From Harriotta raleighana (lineage: Eukaryota), in contig JBNZDD010013723.1 in the NCBI GenBank assembly GCA_050575255.1, positions 8,364,817-8,428,816 on the forward strand: 64,000 nucleotides of DNA. Reading direction: 5' to 3'. The notes under the pieces were generated by a model. The model saw nothing but the letters and a program-made list of their open reading frames with translations. It did no database searches and was not told where the DNA came from. The translations under genes were made by a program, and so were the position numbers. This document shows positions 51,116-62,405 of the stretch, piece by piece. The number at the start of each line of letters is the position of its first letter. Positions within the stretch are counted from its first letter, which is position 1.

Positions 51116-51615
51116 CCACATTATTAATGTACAGCAGCTCTGAGTTCCCAGATCTATTTTCAATTCATTTTCCCAGTTACTTAGTGTTAAGCTGTTGTAT
51201 CCATTATTACCTAAACATTTTTAATATGATGGAGATTTCTCCCGAGAGAAATTGCATTTAGAAGGGAAATACCCTCATCATCAAACAAATGCTCTCGCAA
51301 AAATTTTACCACCTTGTTTATTTAAAATGCAGCAGCAATTGTAGATGAAGCATAATACCACAGTGGAACATCATTAAGAAATTACCAGACATCCAGGGAA
51401 AACAAAAGCAGCATTTTTATTCTGATACAAGATATTGAGGAAGAAAAAAACTAATTATCCACACTGAGTTTAAGTATAATTATTAATGAATTGTCTCAAC
51501 CTCAGAAGGGTTAGAAGGGGGCCCTTTATCAGATTTATAAGTTCCCAGTGTGTATTACAAATACGTATTACCTGCTGACAATTAATTTGTCCCTGACCAT
51601 TGTCTGGGGATATTT

Positions 51616-51993
51616 GGAGTCTCCAGTCAAATGTAGCATGATGCTTAGAGTACTTACCTCACAAGCGAGCGGACCTGGGTTTGTTTCCCAGGCAGCGTGA
51701 AACCTCAGGCATGTTTCCTTACTCCACACGCTTCTGTTTACGTAGCAGTAATAGGATACCAATTGTTAATCAATAGGCGGATTGTTTTCTGGGGGTTATA
51801 ATCTCTTAAAAAGATATAAATAACAAAATTGGTCACTCAATCCCTAACTATTTGTGAAACACTGCTGTATGCAGTTGGCTGCCATGTTTTGCCCACATAA
51901 TACAGTCAAATCACTTTACAGTATATCCTGTGAAGTGCTTTCAGCCGTCTTAACAATGTGATAAGGTGCTACATCAACTGTAAGGATTATTAT
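51616..51993 (+). mobile_element. Long-form SINE
   Basis: Extra segment ctgtttacgtagcagtaatagg...ttttctgggggtt absent from the short form. Confidence 0.88.
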
Positions 51994-54671
51994 TTTAATA
52001 AATGCCCCTGGTGTATGGGAAATCTTAGCAAAAGAAGAAACAATTGAGGTTTCAGAAGAGGTTTAGCTTTTAAGAAAATAAGTGCAAGAATATTTCCACG
52101 TGACAAGTAGCTTTGTTCCAAATCATTTAAGCTTCCCTAAAAGTTAATATAATATTTATGCAGAATATAGTACAGAAATATGATCCTGCACAGCTTCAAC
52201 GTGCAAAACCTTTCAATACAGACACGGTATCCTCCATTGTGTTCTTAACACATATCATACCATTCAGAGACAAATATGCGCCAAAGATTGATTCCCTGCA
52301 TTTAAACCTTCATATTCAAATTTCTTTCAATCCACTCAACTCTTCTCCAGAAGTTCTACATTGTTGAGAGACCCTGCATGTCAACGCATATACATCACAG
52401 TTTATCTGCAAGATGTCCTAATGCTGGGAGATTATCACGGCAATCAAGCTATCAGGATGTTCTAGGGTTTTGGTTTAACACTAACAAGGGAAATCAAGCC
52501 TCTGATCCACTTTGGTGCTTATCCTTTTGTGCCTTCAGTGCAAAATATTGCTGTCCCTTTCAAAGATTATATGCCAACACATGAAACAAAGAGCATTGCT
52601 ACTCAGAGAGTTTCTACTCCCAAAGTGTCAGCACTCAGCAGGGGATGTGGTTGCTTGAAGAAATGAATATTGCTCTAACATCAGCATTTTTAATTTGCTC
52701 TGCACTGTATATGATCTGTTACACTCTTTAGAGATGACAACTGAAAACAGAAATTTTGAAAGTGGTGGGGTGAACAGAGACAACTCAGAATATTAAAAAC
52801 ATGTTTGAAAACTTGCTGCTGATCTCCATGGAGAGATGCCTAAAGCTTTAAGAAACTTCAGCTAAACAGCTTTCAGAGTGACTATTGTGAACTGTCAGAA
52901 GGGCAAATAAATGCATCCTATTTGCAGAGCAAATACAAAGCTGCTTTTTTTTATAACTGCAGTGATGAAAAGCATCATCCCATGCTACCTAGAATGAGAA
53001 GTAGCTCATAGTGAGAAATATAAATTGGTTTGTACTGAGGTGGGTAAGATTGCAACTGCATCTGAATCCTTCATGAACCCACCCGCGTATGCCCACTGCC
53101 TTTGCCTGTCAGCTGGTACTGTCCTTGACAACATTGTTCAACTACGTACGGCTATCAGAATGATTGCTGTCAAATGACTTCAATCCACACATTGTGTTCG
53201 TGGCAAATCTAGGCTTAAACAAAGCATCTTTTCCTGGCTCCACTGAAAATACGCAATGATGGAGCCAGTATGGAATAATACTAATAATCATCCTTGCATT
53301 TGATATATAGCATGTTTCACACTGGGAGAACATCTTGAAACACTTCACAGGATTCTTGCTGTAGTAACTATGTATTTTATAGCCATATCCGAGGCTCTGT
53401 ATTTTATAGGTTAACATGGCAGTCAATTTGCACTCAGCAATGTCCCACAAATAGCCATGGAGTGAATGACAAATTTTATCTTTGGGATTGTTGACTAGGG
53501 ATGCTCTTAAAGGAGCCAACACAGATATCACTGGTTAAATAACAACCACAACAACAACAACTTTGATTTATATAGCGTCCTCCACGCCGGACTGCGTCTC
53601 AGAGCACTAAATGGCCTCCTTTCTACAGTTCAAGGTCGCCCCATCTCCTTTCTCTTTACGAATGGCAAACTTGAAAAGCAAAACTGTACATCAACTTTAT
53701 TTGTAATAATCCATGGTTTGATATAATCCTTTATCACGTTATTGAAATTAACATCAAAGCACTATTAACATCTCGTCTAAAAGATGCTTCCAAAAATGCA
53801 GTGCACCCCTGCTACAATATTTCAGTGTCAGCCTAGTGAGTTCAATAACATCAACAATAAATTACATTTATATAATGCCTTTCACATTGGAAAGACTTAT
53901 CAAGACACTGGACAGATAGGCATTTGCACTGGAGCTAGGGGTTGAAATCAAAAGGATTCAAATTCAATCAATTCAAATTCAATCAAGAGGATTTGTTCAA
54001 AGTTCCAACATAAGCAAATTAAAAATGGTGATGTTACTTGAATCCACAGCTGATGACTTAAATGTGAGAGTCAGAGCAACTAAGCCAACCAGAGACTTCA
54101 GGATGTGAGAATGATTTTTCCACTTCCAAGGCTCTGCAAAAAAGCCTACCTGAAAATGACTTCATAATTCAAAACTTTGCTTTTGAAAGAAAGAATTGCA
54201 CAGTGCAACTGTAATTAGAAAAGATGAGTCACCAAAATGTTTCTGCCCAACGGGAAAAGTACGCTCAACTCCCGACAGGGAAAAAATTGGTTTGTCAGCA
54301 TTATTGATGCTTCTTCTAAAACAAAAAATCAGAAAAAATGATATTCTGCAATCCCCTTCTACTACCACTATATGATTGGAAACATAGAACCATAGAAATG
54401 TGCACGGAAGGTCGGTCATTCTGCCCATTGTGTCTTTTTTTTAAGAGCAATTCTTCCGGTACCATTTACCTGCTCTTTTACCATACCATTGTAGACAGCC
54501 ACACACATAATTGTAGATTACCACACATCTCCTGTATTGGCAGTAAAATTGCTTGAGACTCAATTTATCGTTGTGTCAGAGGCTTTCTTGACCTGAAAGG
54601 ATTTTGTCCTGTTTCCAGCAGCTGATAAATTGGAGTGCTTCAATTCACTGAGTGCTTCAACTGCCACAGAT

Positions 54672-54910
54672 AGTGTCTCTGTCAGATCATTGATGGATCT
54701 CTGGTGGATCATGGGGAATCCCTTGTGGCTCATTGGTGGATCTCTGGCAGTTTATGGGGATCTCTAATAAATCATTGGTGGATTTCTGACTCATTTTAGG
54801 AATCATCTGACAAATTAATGGTGGATCTTTGACAGACCGGGAGAATCTCTTTCAGCTGATTAGTGGATCTCTGATAGGTGACAGTGAGCTCTTATTTCTC
54901 ATTGGTGGGT
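54672..54910. repeat. Degenerate minisatellite, about 21-bp units in alternating A/B pattern
   Basis: tcattggtggatctctg-type units alternate with atgggga(a)tctct-type units, about 11 units. Confidence 0.75.
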
Positions 54911-55384
54911 CATTACAGTAAAGGTCACAATAACACTGAAAGACATTCATCTACAAATAAATACAACAGACGCTACATTTACAGTAAATTCTGTGAAGTT
55001 CTTTAAAACTTTCTCCCACTGTGAAAGGCACTATGTTAAATTTATGGATTATTATTGATTATGACTAAATCCTTGCAATGGTTTACTTCTGTCTCCCTGA
55101 AGGAAATTAATTCAGTCTAAGTTCCATGCACCTATCCATCTAGCAGGCACAGGATATTTTCAAGTGGAAGACCAGGGATTTCATTCCCAACTATAGAAAT
55201 CTGAAAAGGCTTGTGCAGAAAGTCTAGCAATTATATGCTGTTAAGGGATTCCAAAGATTATCGAGGATATTAGATTGGATACATGTATCGGAGAATCGGA
55301 CAAAACTGAAAAAGAGAGTCCTGTAATAATAATAATCCTTGCATTTGATGTAGCACTTTTCACATCTTCTAGACTTGTCTTTTA

Positions 55385-55672
55385 GACTTCTGTAGCTCAG
55401 TGGTTAGAGCATTTGCCTTACAAGCGAGATACCTGGATTAAATTCCCGGCAGAGTGAAACCTTGGGTAAGTTTCTTTACTCCACACACCTAATAATAATG
55501 CCTAAAGAAAAATAATTTGGTAATTTCAATCCACAACTGCTGTGTGCAATTGGCTGCTGTGTTTTGCCCACATGTACACAGTCAATTCACTTTACAGCAT
55601 ATTCTGTGAAATGTTTTGAGGCGTCTGGAAGATGTGAAAATTGCTATATCAAATGCAAGGTTTATTATTATT
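55385..55672 (+). mobile_element. tRNA/CORE/Deu SINE (antisense tail fragment at 55325-55375)
   Basis: tgtagctcagtggttagagcatttgccttacaagcgag...aaatgcaaggtttattattatt. Confidence 0.93.
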
Positions 55673-57883
55673 GCTGAAGTCAAATATCAGAAGAGGAAAG
55701 AGTTTCCTTTTCTCAAACTTTGTCCAAACTGGTTCCCACTCCTCACCAAAAATTCTGACAGTTAAGCATGCTGTACCCAAGATACACATAAACAGATTTT
55801 TCCTGCATCTCTTGTGCAGAAACTTCCTCTTTGACATTTTTAACATAATTTTTCCAAAGGATTGTGTTAGGGAAAGGTATATCAGCATAGATCATTCTAT
55901 TTGTCAGGATTTTACTTCATTTATGTAAGTTCCTGTGACACTTGTATTGTTTGTCAACCAAAAACACTGTTTAATTTCAATAAATAAATATTTCAACCTT
56001 CCACTCTCTTCAACATTCTGCGCAGCCCCTTTTCCAGATTCCTTTTATGCTTCTTGCTTGCTTCTCTTTGTCAATTACCAATTGCCAATTTAGCCTTACA
56101 GCAATATGCTACATCGTCCTTCTTTTAGTTTCTTTCTTTTTTCAATCTTGTTCAATCATCCTTTATGATCTTTTTATTTCTTTTCTGTATTCAGTCAGGA
56201 TACTGTGAAACTCTTTGAGACGTCTCAACGTGATACGTTGCTGTATCAATTGCAAGGATTATTATTGTAACTATTTCACCTACAATTATTTTACTATAAC
56301 AGAGGCATGTGCAGTATCCAGCAGCACAACTGGCGTTCCACAGGATGGGAAGCACTGAACAGTTGTCAATGGCCAAGCCAGTAGCAACAGCAGCCCTGCA
56401 CTAGGATTCACTAACCTTCCCAACCCTCTTCCAATTAAATGGTCACATTTTTCTACATAAACATTTGTTATTTGGTACTCTTTTTCTTTACAGCTTCCTT
56501 TGCCCTTCGGGAGATTCCCTGCAGAGCTGGGCTGCACTGGATGCTGTGAAACATTAAAGTCAATGCTCCTGAAATCTTTACATTCCACTTTCAACCTCAC
56601 TATATACTAATTAGATTGTTGACTGCTTATTACAAGGTCATGCAATGCTACAGGCATCTTAAAATGATTAATGCTTTTCTTTTACCAAATCACGAGCAGC
56701 ACAAAGTTACTAACGGTAAAATCACATCTTAACAAAAGTTTCTTAATTGTTAAATTATCTTAAGATGCAAAAATGGGAATATTCCACCACATATCTGCCT
56801 CTTGTAAAACTTCTGTAGTGGAAGACATAAATCAACTATTTATTCATTATTTATTCAAATACTAATCCTCAGCCACCAAGCCTCACTCTGAGGGATTGAG
56901 GGAACTTTCTCCTTCAATCCCTCCGCCTTCCCATCTCCTTTCGGATGTTGTCAGATCACATCTGAAGAGCTTCTTCTTTGACTATTCTTACTCTTACCTC
57001 ACATGTTTCCCTGGTTTGCCTCTGTTAAATGCTCCAAAATGGTGCCCTGCATGAAGGGCGCAATATAAACATCAATTATTGTAGTTATTGCATTTGATAT
57101 ACTGCCTTTTGATCAGAAGAATATCTCAAAGCCTTCACGAATTACTGTAAAATATGATGACTGTATTTTATAGGCATATACAACAGCCAATTTGCACACC
57201 ACAATATCCCACAAAGTCATAAAGTGAATGATTCCAATTTTTTTTGTTGTTCGGGACACTGAGAGACGTTCTCTTCTCTTTCAAGTTATTAGAAATTATC
57301 ATTGTTCAATGGAAGCTGGTAGAAGGGAGAACCCAGGTGCTTGTCATTGCACTTTGTTGAGAATATTCTGTGTGTAAAAGAACAACACTGCTAAGATATG
57401 TCTGAGCTTTGCTTTCACTGCAATGGTGTTTGGGAGTCTGTTTATATGGAAGCTGCATTTGAGGTTATTTGATAGTAACTCTAATCACTTAAACAGTAGC
57501 TTTCATGTGCAATAAATGTCTCAAAGCACTTTACAGAATATAATTGATTAGAGATGAAGGTAAATGTTATATTTATATTCATTTTATATCTGTGTGAATA
57601 TAAAATTAGAACTGTCTTCAGAACACTTTTATTTACCAAATTTCCTCTGTCTCATGCTATTATTGTCCTGTGACAGGGAGCTCAAATGATTTGTTCTAAT
57701 TGTAGAAACATGTTCACATACATTATTACCTCTGCATCCTTCTTCACTTACCAGGAGGAGTGCTAAAACAACGTGAGAAATTATTGATCCAAAGGCAGTT
57801 ATTTATCCAAAAGGCAAAACACAACAACAACAACAAAATTACAGTTATAGAGCACCTTTCACGTCGGGAGAACGTCCCAAGGC

Positions 57884-58070
57884 GAATACTGCAGATGTTG
57901 GAAATCTGAAGTAAAATCAGAAGTCATTAGGAACACTCAGCAGGTCAGGCAACATCTATGGTGAGAGGCAAGTGGATAACTTCTCGTCAGAACTGATGTT
58001 GGAAGGGATCAGTCAATAAGGACAAATAGAGTAGGAGGTGGGGAAAGCAAGACAATGGAAAAGGATAGCT
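57884..58070 (-). mobile_element. Penelope-type terminus with partial hammerhead core
   Basis: aatactgcagatgttggaaatctgaa...ctcagcaggtcaggcaacatct; minus strand AGTT-CTGACGA at 57984-57994; an L2 tail abuts at 57821-57884. Confidence 0.65.
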
Positions 58071-58265
58071 TCCCAGAATAATGTACAGTGGTGGTTGGAC
58101 ACTGAGCAAGGGAGAAGGGAGAGGAGGAAAGTAATCATAAGCGCAGTCAAAATGGTAAGACTTAAGGTGGGATTCTAAGATAGGTATAGAGGAGGGAGAC
58201 GTTTTCTATAAAAACAGTTACTACTCTTAACAGTAATAAAGTGCTCTAAGGTGTTGCAACATGAT

Positions 58266-58623
58266 GGAGTCCTTTAACTCAGTGGTTTAAAGTATGCGCC
58301 TCGCAAGTGGGAGACCAGTTGGGCACTTTGCTTCCTCTGCACGCATCTGTTTACTTAGCGGTAAGCAGGAATCTGATTGCCAGTTGATTCGTGGATCGCT
58401 TTTCCATGGCTAATAATTTTCTTCCAAAACAGGTATAATAATAAATTGGTCACTTCAATCCACGGCTGATTGTGGGACACTACTGTGCGCAATTGGCTGC
58501 TGCATTTCGCTCACAAAATATACCATCAATTAACTTTACAGTATATTCATTCCATCAAGCGCTTTGAGATATCTAGAAGATGTGAAATGGCGCTATATCA
58601 AATGCAAAAATGCAAGGATTATT
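58266..58623 (+). mobile_element. Long-form SINE
   Basis: Head with cctcgcaag, extra ctgtttacttagcggtaagcagg segment, standard tail. Confidence 0.88.
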
Positions 58624-59339
58624 GTAAGTCTGTCTTTCCTTTTCTTTCCACATTTACAGCTACAGAGCTGCCTGCATATGGGTGCTGTTACCTTGTGTCC
58701 TGTCCACGATGTTGGAGGAGAATTAATTAGAGTAAGTGGTCAGTCCTATAAATATGTATGTGAGGATGCTCTCTGAAGAATTATTCTAAAGTTAATAGCA
58801 TTTTCTGGTTTATCTAATGCCATTTAAATCATATTTAATATTCGATTCAATTGAAATCTGGCAGTTCGAGATGGTACAGATAAAATCTTGTATATGAAAC
58901 AATCTAAAGTTCACGTTTGAATGGAATGCAAGATAACACAGTTGCAGTTAAAATAAATCAGAGACATAGCATTTAAACCTGCTTGAATCAAGTTTCAACT
59001 CACAAGTCATGATTGGACCAGTGAACTAACAAGTGAGTTTGGATTTAGACTAGAAGTGAATCAACATACAGTATAAACTGCTCCAAACAAAAGCTAAGAC
59101 GGGGGTATGGTTCAAAGGTGATTGTTATAAACCGTTTGGAGGCAAATTATCACCAAGATCACAGGTGATTCATCACACTGCATTCACTGTATCACTAGAT
59201 TTCCTGTGCTACATTTGCAGTTAAAAACCAAACAGCAGAATGTATTGGAGTTCTATGGATGAGTAGTGTAGCATTTGGGCAGAGCCAATACAATCAGACT
59301 ATGGAGGAGTGATACCTGCATTGAAACCAGTCGACCTCT

Positions 59340-60080
59340 GCAACCTGCTTCAACCTTACTAATCTGGGTGCTCCCTTCACTCTGAAGAGATTGGCCTTCC
59401 TACTTTTTTCCCCTGCCCCATCTGCTCTACAATCAGTGGACAGGCTTCCACTCATTCCACTCTCTGGAACTCTATCTGGAATCCCTCTGACTCATCTCCT
59501 CCCTTACGTAGTCCAAGGTCGATCTAAAGACCTACCTCTTTGACTGCACTTTTGGTCATCTTTCCCCTCCCCCGCTTGGCTTCCATCGCTAGCTTGGGCA
59601 TTTAACCATCAAGTGCTTTGTAACGTACTCACAATATGAAATGAGCTCAGGAATGTAAACTCTATTTTATTGTTTCAACAACAACGACTCAAATTTATAT
59701 AGCGCCCTCCACACTGGACAGCATCTCAGAGCACTTCACAAGAGCGGTTCCTGGGACTGAGCCAGGGCAGGAGTAGAAAGGTGACAAAAGGCGTGGTCGA
59801 AGAGAAAGGTCTTCAGCTTGGACCTGAAACTGGAAAAAGAGGGGGCGAGGCGGAGGGAGTGAGGAAGGGAATTCCAGATGCAATGTGTTTCACCTACAGT
59901 GGGATAAATTGATGAGCTCCTGAGAGCATCCAACTTGATTGCACAACAACAACAAATTACATTTGTATAGTGACCTTCATGTTGGGAGAATGTCCCAAAG
60001 CGCAGGATGGTCAAGGATTTGGACTTGAGCAGGGCATTGGGATCATGAGGGATGGAGGGCAGACAGGGAAGCAGTAGGAG
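59340..60080. mobile_element. Cluster of L2 3' ends (plus 59340-59675; minus 59676-59885 and 59943-60080)
   Basis: ctctggaactct...ctaaagacctacctctttgac and two (CAA)n antisense tails. Confidence 0.8.
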
Positions 60081-60097
60081 CATAATAATACTGTACA

Positions 60098-60310
60098 ATA
60101 ATCTTTGCATCCTTGTGAATTGACTGTATATTCTGTGAGCAAAACGCGGCAGCCAATTGAACAGTGTCCCACAAACAGTCGCTGATTGAGACACCAATTT
60201 TTTGTTGAAGGAATTATTACTCCCAGAAAAGTGATCTACCTTGCCTGGAATTGAACCCAGGCCTCTCACTTGCGAGGTGAATGCTCTAACCACTGAGTTA
60301 CAGGAATCCA
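60098..60310 (-). mobile_element. tRNA SINE, internally deleted
   Basis: cgcggcagccaattg...gcctggaattgaacccagg...ttgcgaggtgaatgctctaaccactgag. Confidence 0.88.
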
Positions 60311-60629
60311 TTTTGGCAAGTGACTAAAGGTTCAATCAAAGAGATGGGCCTTGACACATGCCTTGATGGAGGTAAGGAGGGAGCAAGGTGAAGGAATGGA
60401 GCTCCACGTTCACAACACGTGTTTGAAGTGGTAAAGCACTCACAATGGTAAGAAATGTGGTTTCAGCTGTAAGATCCAATAGTACCCCAATACACAATCT
60501 GGGATCCCCAAACCTTGGGTTTTGAAAACCCATACTTTGAATTTGGTAATCTCCAGAATTCCCNCATGCCTTGATGGAGGTAAGGAGGGAGCAAGGTGAA
60601 GGAATGGAGCTCCAAAGAGGTGTGTTCAC

Positions 60630-61290
60630 AACACGTGTTTGAAGTGGTAAAGCACAATGGTAAGAAATGTGGTTTCAGCTGTAAGCTCCAATAGTACCCC
60701 AATACACAATCTGGGATCCCCAAACCTTGGGTCTTGACAACCCATACTTTGAATTTGGTAATCTCCAGAATTCCCTAAAGAGGGTCCATCTCTCTAAGGA
60801 GAATGTGCATTTCATTCCAGACATGGACATTTCCATGTATGGGTGGTAGATATATGTGTAGCTCTCAGTTGGGTTTGCATACTCTTAAGCATGGTGATGA
60901 ATTTTCGTGTGTCTCAAACCAAACAAAATCTCTGGAGGGTTGCAACCTGCTTGCCTANTCATTCCAGACATGGACATTTCCATGTATGGGTGGTAGATAT
61001 ATGTGTAGGTTTGCATACTCTTAAGCATGGTGATTAATTTTCGTGTGTCTCAAACCAAACAAAATCTCTGGAGGGTTGCACCCTGCTTGCCTCNGTGTCT
61101 CAAACCAAACAAAATCTCTGGAGGGTTGCAACCTGCTTGCCTAAATCTAGAAAGTTTTAGGGTGCATGTTAGTGAAAAGCCAGACTTCTGGATCCCAGAG
61201 TGTGTGTTGGGGGCATTGATAGAGTTTAACCAACTAAAACCACAAAGCTTGCCATTGAGACGACTATTTGACAGACTTCTTGCAGTGTTC
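60630..61290. mobile_element. Element with about 100-bp diverged inverted arms (MITE-like)
   Basis: caatggtaagaaatgtggtttcagctg...ccccaatacacaatctgggatcc (from 60655) versus reverse complement of about 61189-61257, caatggcaagctttgtggttttagttg...ccccaacacacactctgggatcc. Confidence 0.7.
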
Positions 61291-62004
61291 AGCTAGAATT
61301 ACCTTACCTATTGGGGCTTTGGTTTGTAGAGTTATCGCTGCTCTCAGTGTGCCCATCCATGTCTTGATACAGAACCAGGCTGGCTAGTATGGCACCAGCA
61401 AGACACTGGAGTATTGCAGAGGTGCTCAGCCCAGGAACCGATCAACTGAGACTATCACAGAGGATAGCCTTGATTTAGATATTTCTTTGTCAAGCACACT
61501 ATGTTGGAACCAGTTGTTCTTTGACAGCTGACAAGCATAATTTGAGCCCTTACTAGGTGCAGAGCAATTACCAGGAATTCCTATATAAATTATCATATAG
61601 GATTTAGTGACAATGTATCTTCCTACATGGAACTCATCAATGCTTCAAGCAGGATATTTGCCTTCTGAGAGATCCAAACTCAAATGGCTATTTTTGATTC
61701 TAAAGAAGTCAGTAGTGTGGGATTTTCTGTAATCTCTAGCATTCATGGAACTGACAAGATTTATTTTCTATTTCTGTCAGTTTGACAGTCTACTGATTGA
61801 AGGTTTTGTGCGGAATCATGTTCAGTCCACACACAAGAGGTCTGGGAAGCCCACCACCTTCAACAGTTTAATTTGCTTTTATTCTTTTTTTATCATTTTC
61901 TTTTCCTAGATAAATGTCTAGAAGAAAAATCAATGTTATGCAAGCAGTAACACTACAGTTAAAAACAGCTTTTATTATTATGGTATTTCATTCATGGGAT
62001 GAGA

Positions 62005-62405
62005 ATTATTGCAGAGTATGCATTTGTCACCTCTTGCCTGGATTATTCAAACATACACCTTGCCAGTCTCTCCAGCTCCACTAATCAGAAAATCCAGCTC
62101 GTTCAGAACTCTGATGCCCAAATACTTGAGCAGACCAAACTCCATACGCCCATCTCATCAGTTCTGGCCGGTTCCACTGGCTCTCTATTACCAAATAGAT
62201 TGATTTAACAATCCCATCACCTGTGTTCAAATCCACTCATTCCATGGCACCTCCCTACCTTTCTGAATGCCTCACTCCACAATCCACTGCTTGACTAGCA
62301 CCCGCCTCCTGCCTGTCCCTTGTATCCTCCGCTCTACCATTGATTCAGGCTCCATCATGGTTAAGTGCTCTATAGGGTGCTATATAAGTGCAAAAGTTGT
62401 ATTGT
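62005..62405 (+). mobile_element. L2 3' region
   Basis: AFVTSCLDYSN, IQLVQNSDAQIL; tail ggtgctatataagtgc. Confidence 0.85.

Noticed and set aside
54672-54910. CRISPR-like array
   Set aside because: Units are degenerate and contiguous, without unique spacers or cas genes, in a vertebrate context.
59736-60311. 191-aa ORF as a gene
   Set aside because: Chance read-through across one SINE and two L2 tails.
60357-61143. Real tandem duplications
   Set aside because: Every duplication is split by a single n; best explained as unmerged contig overlaps.
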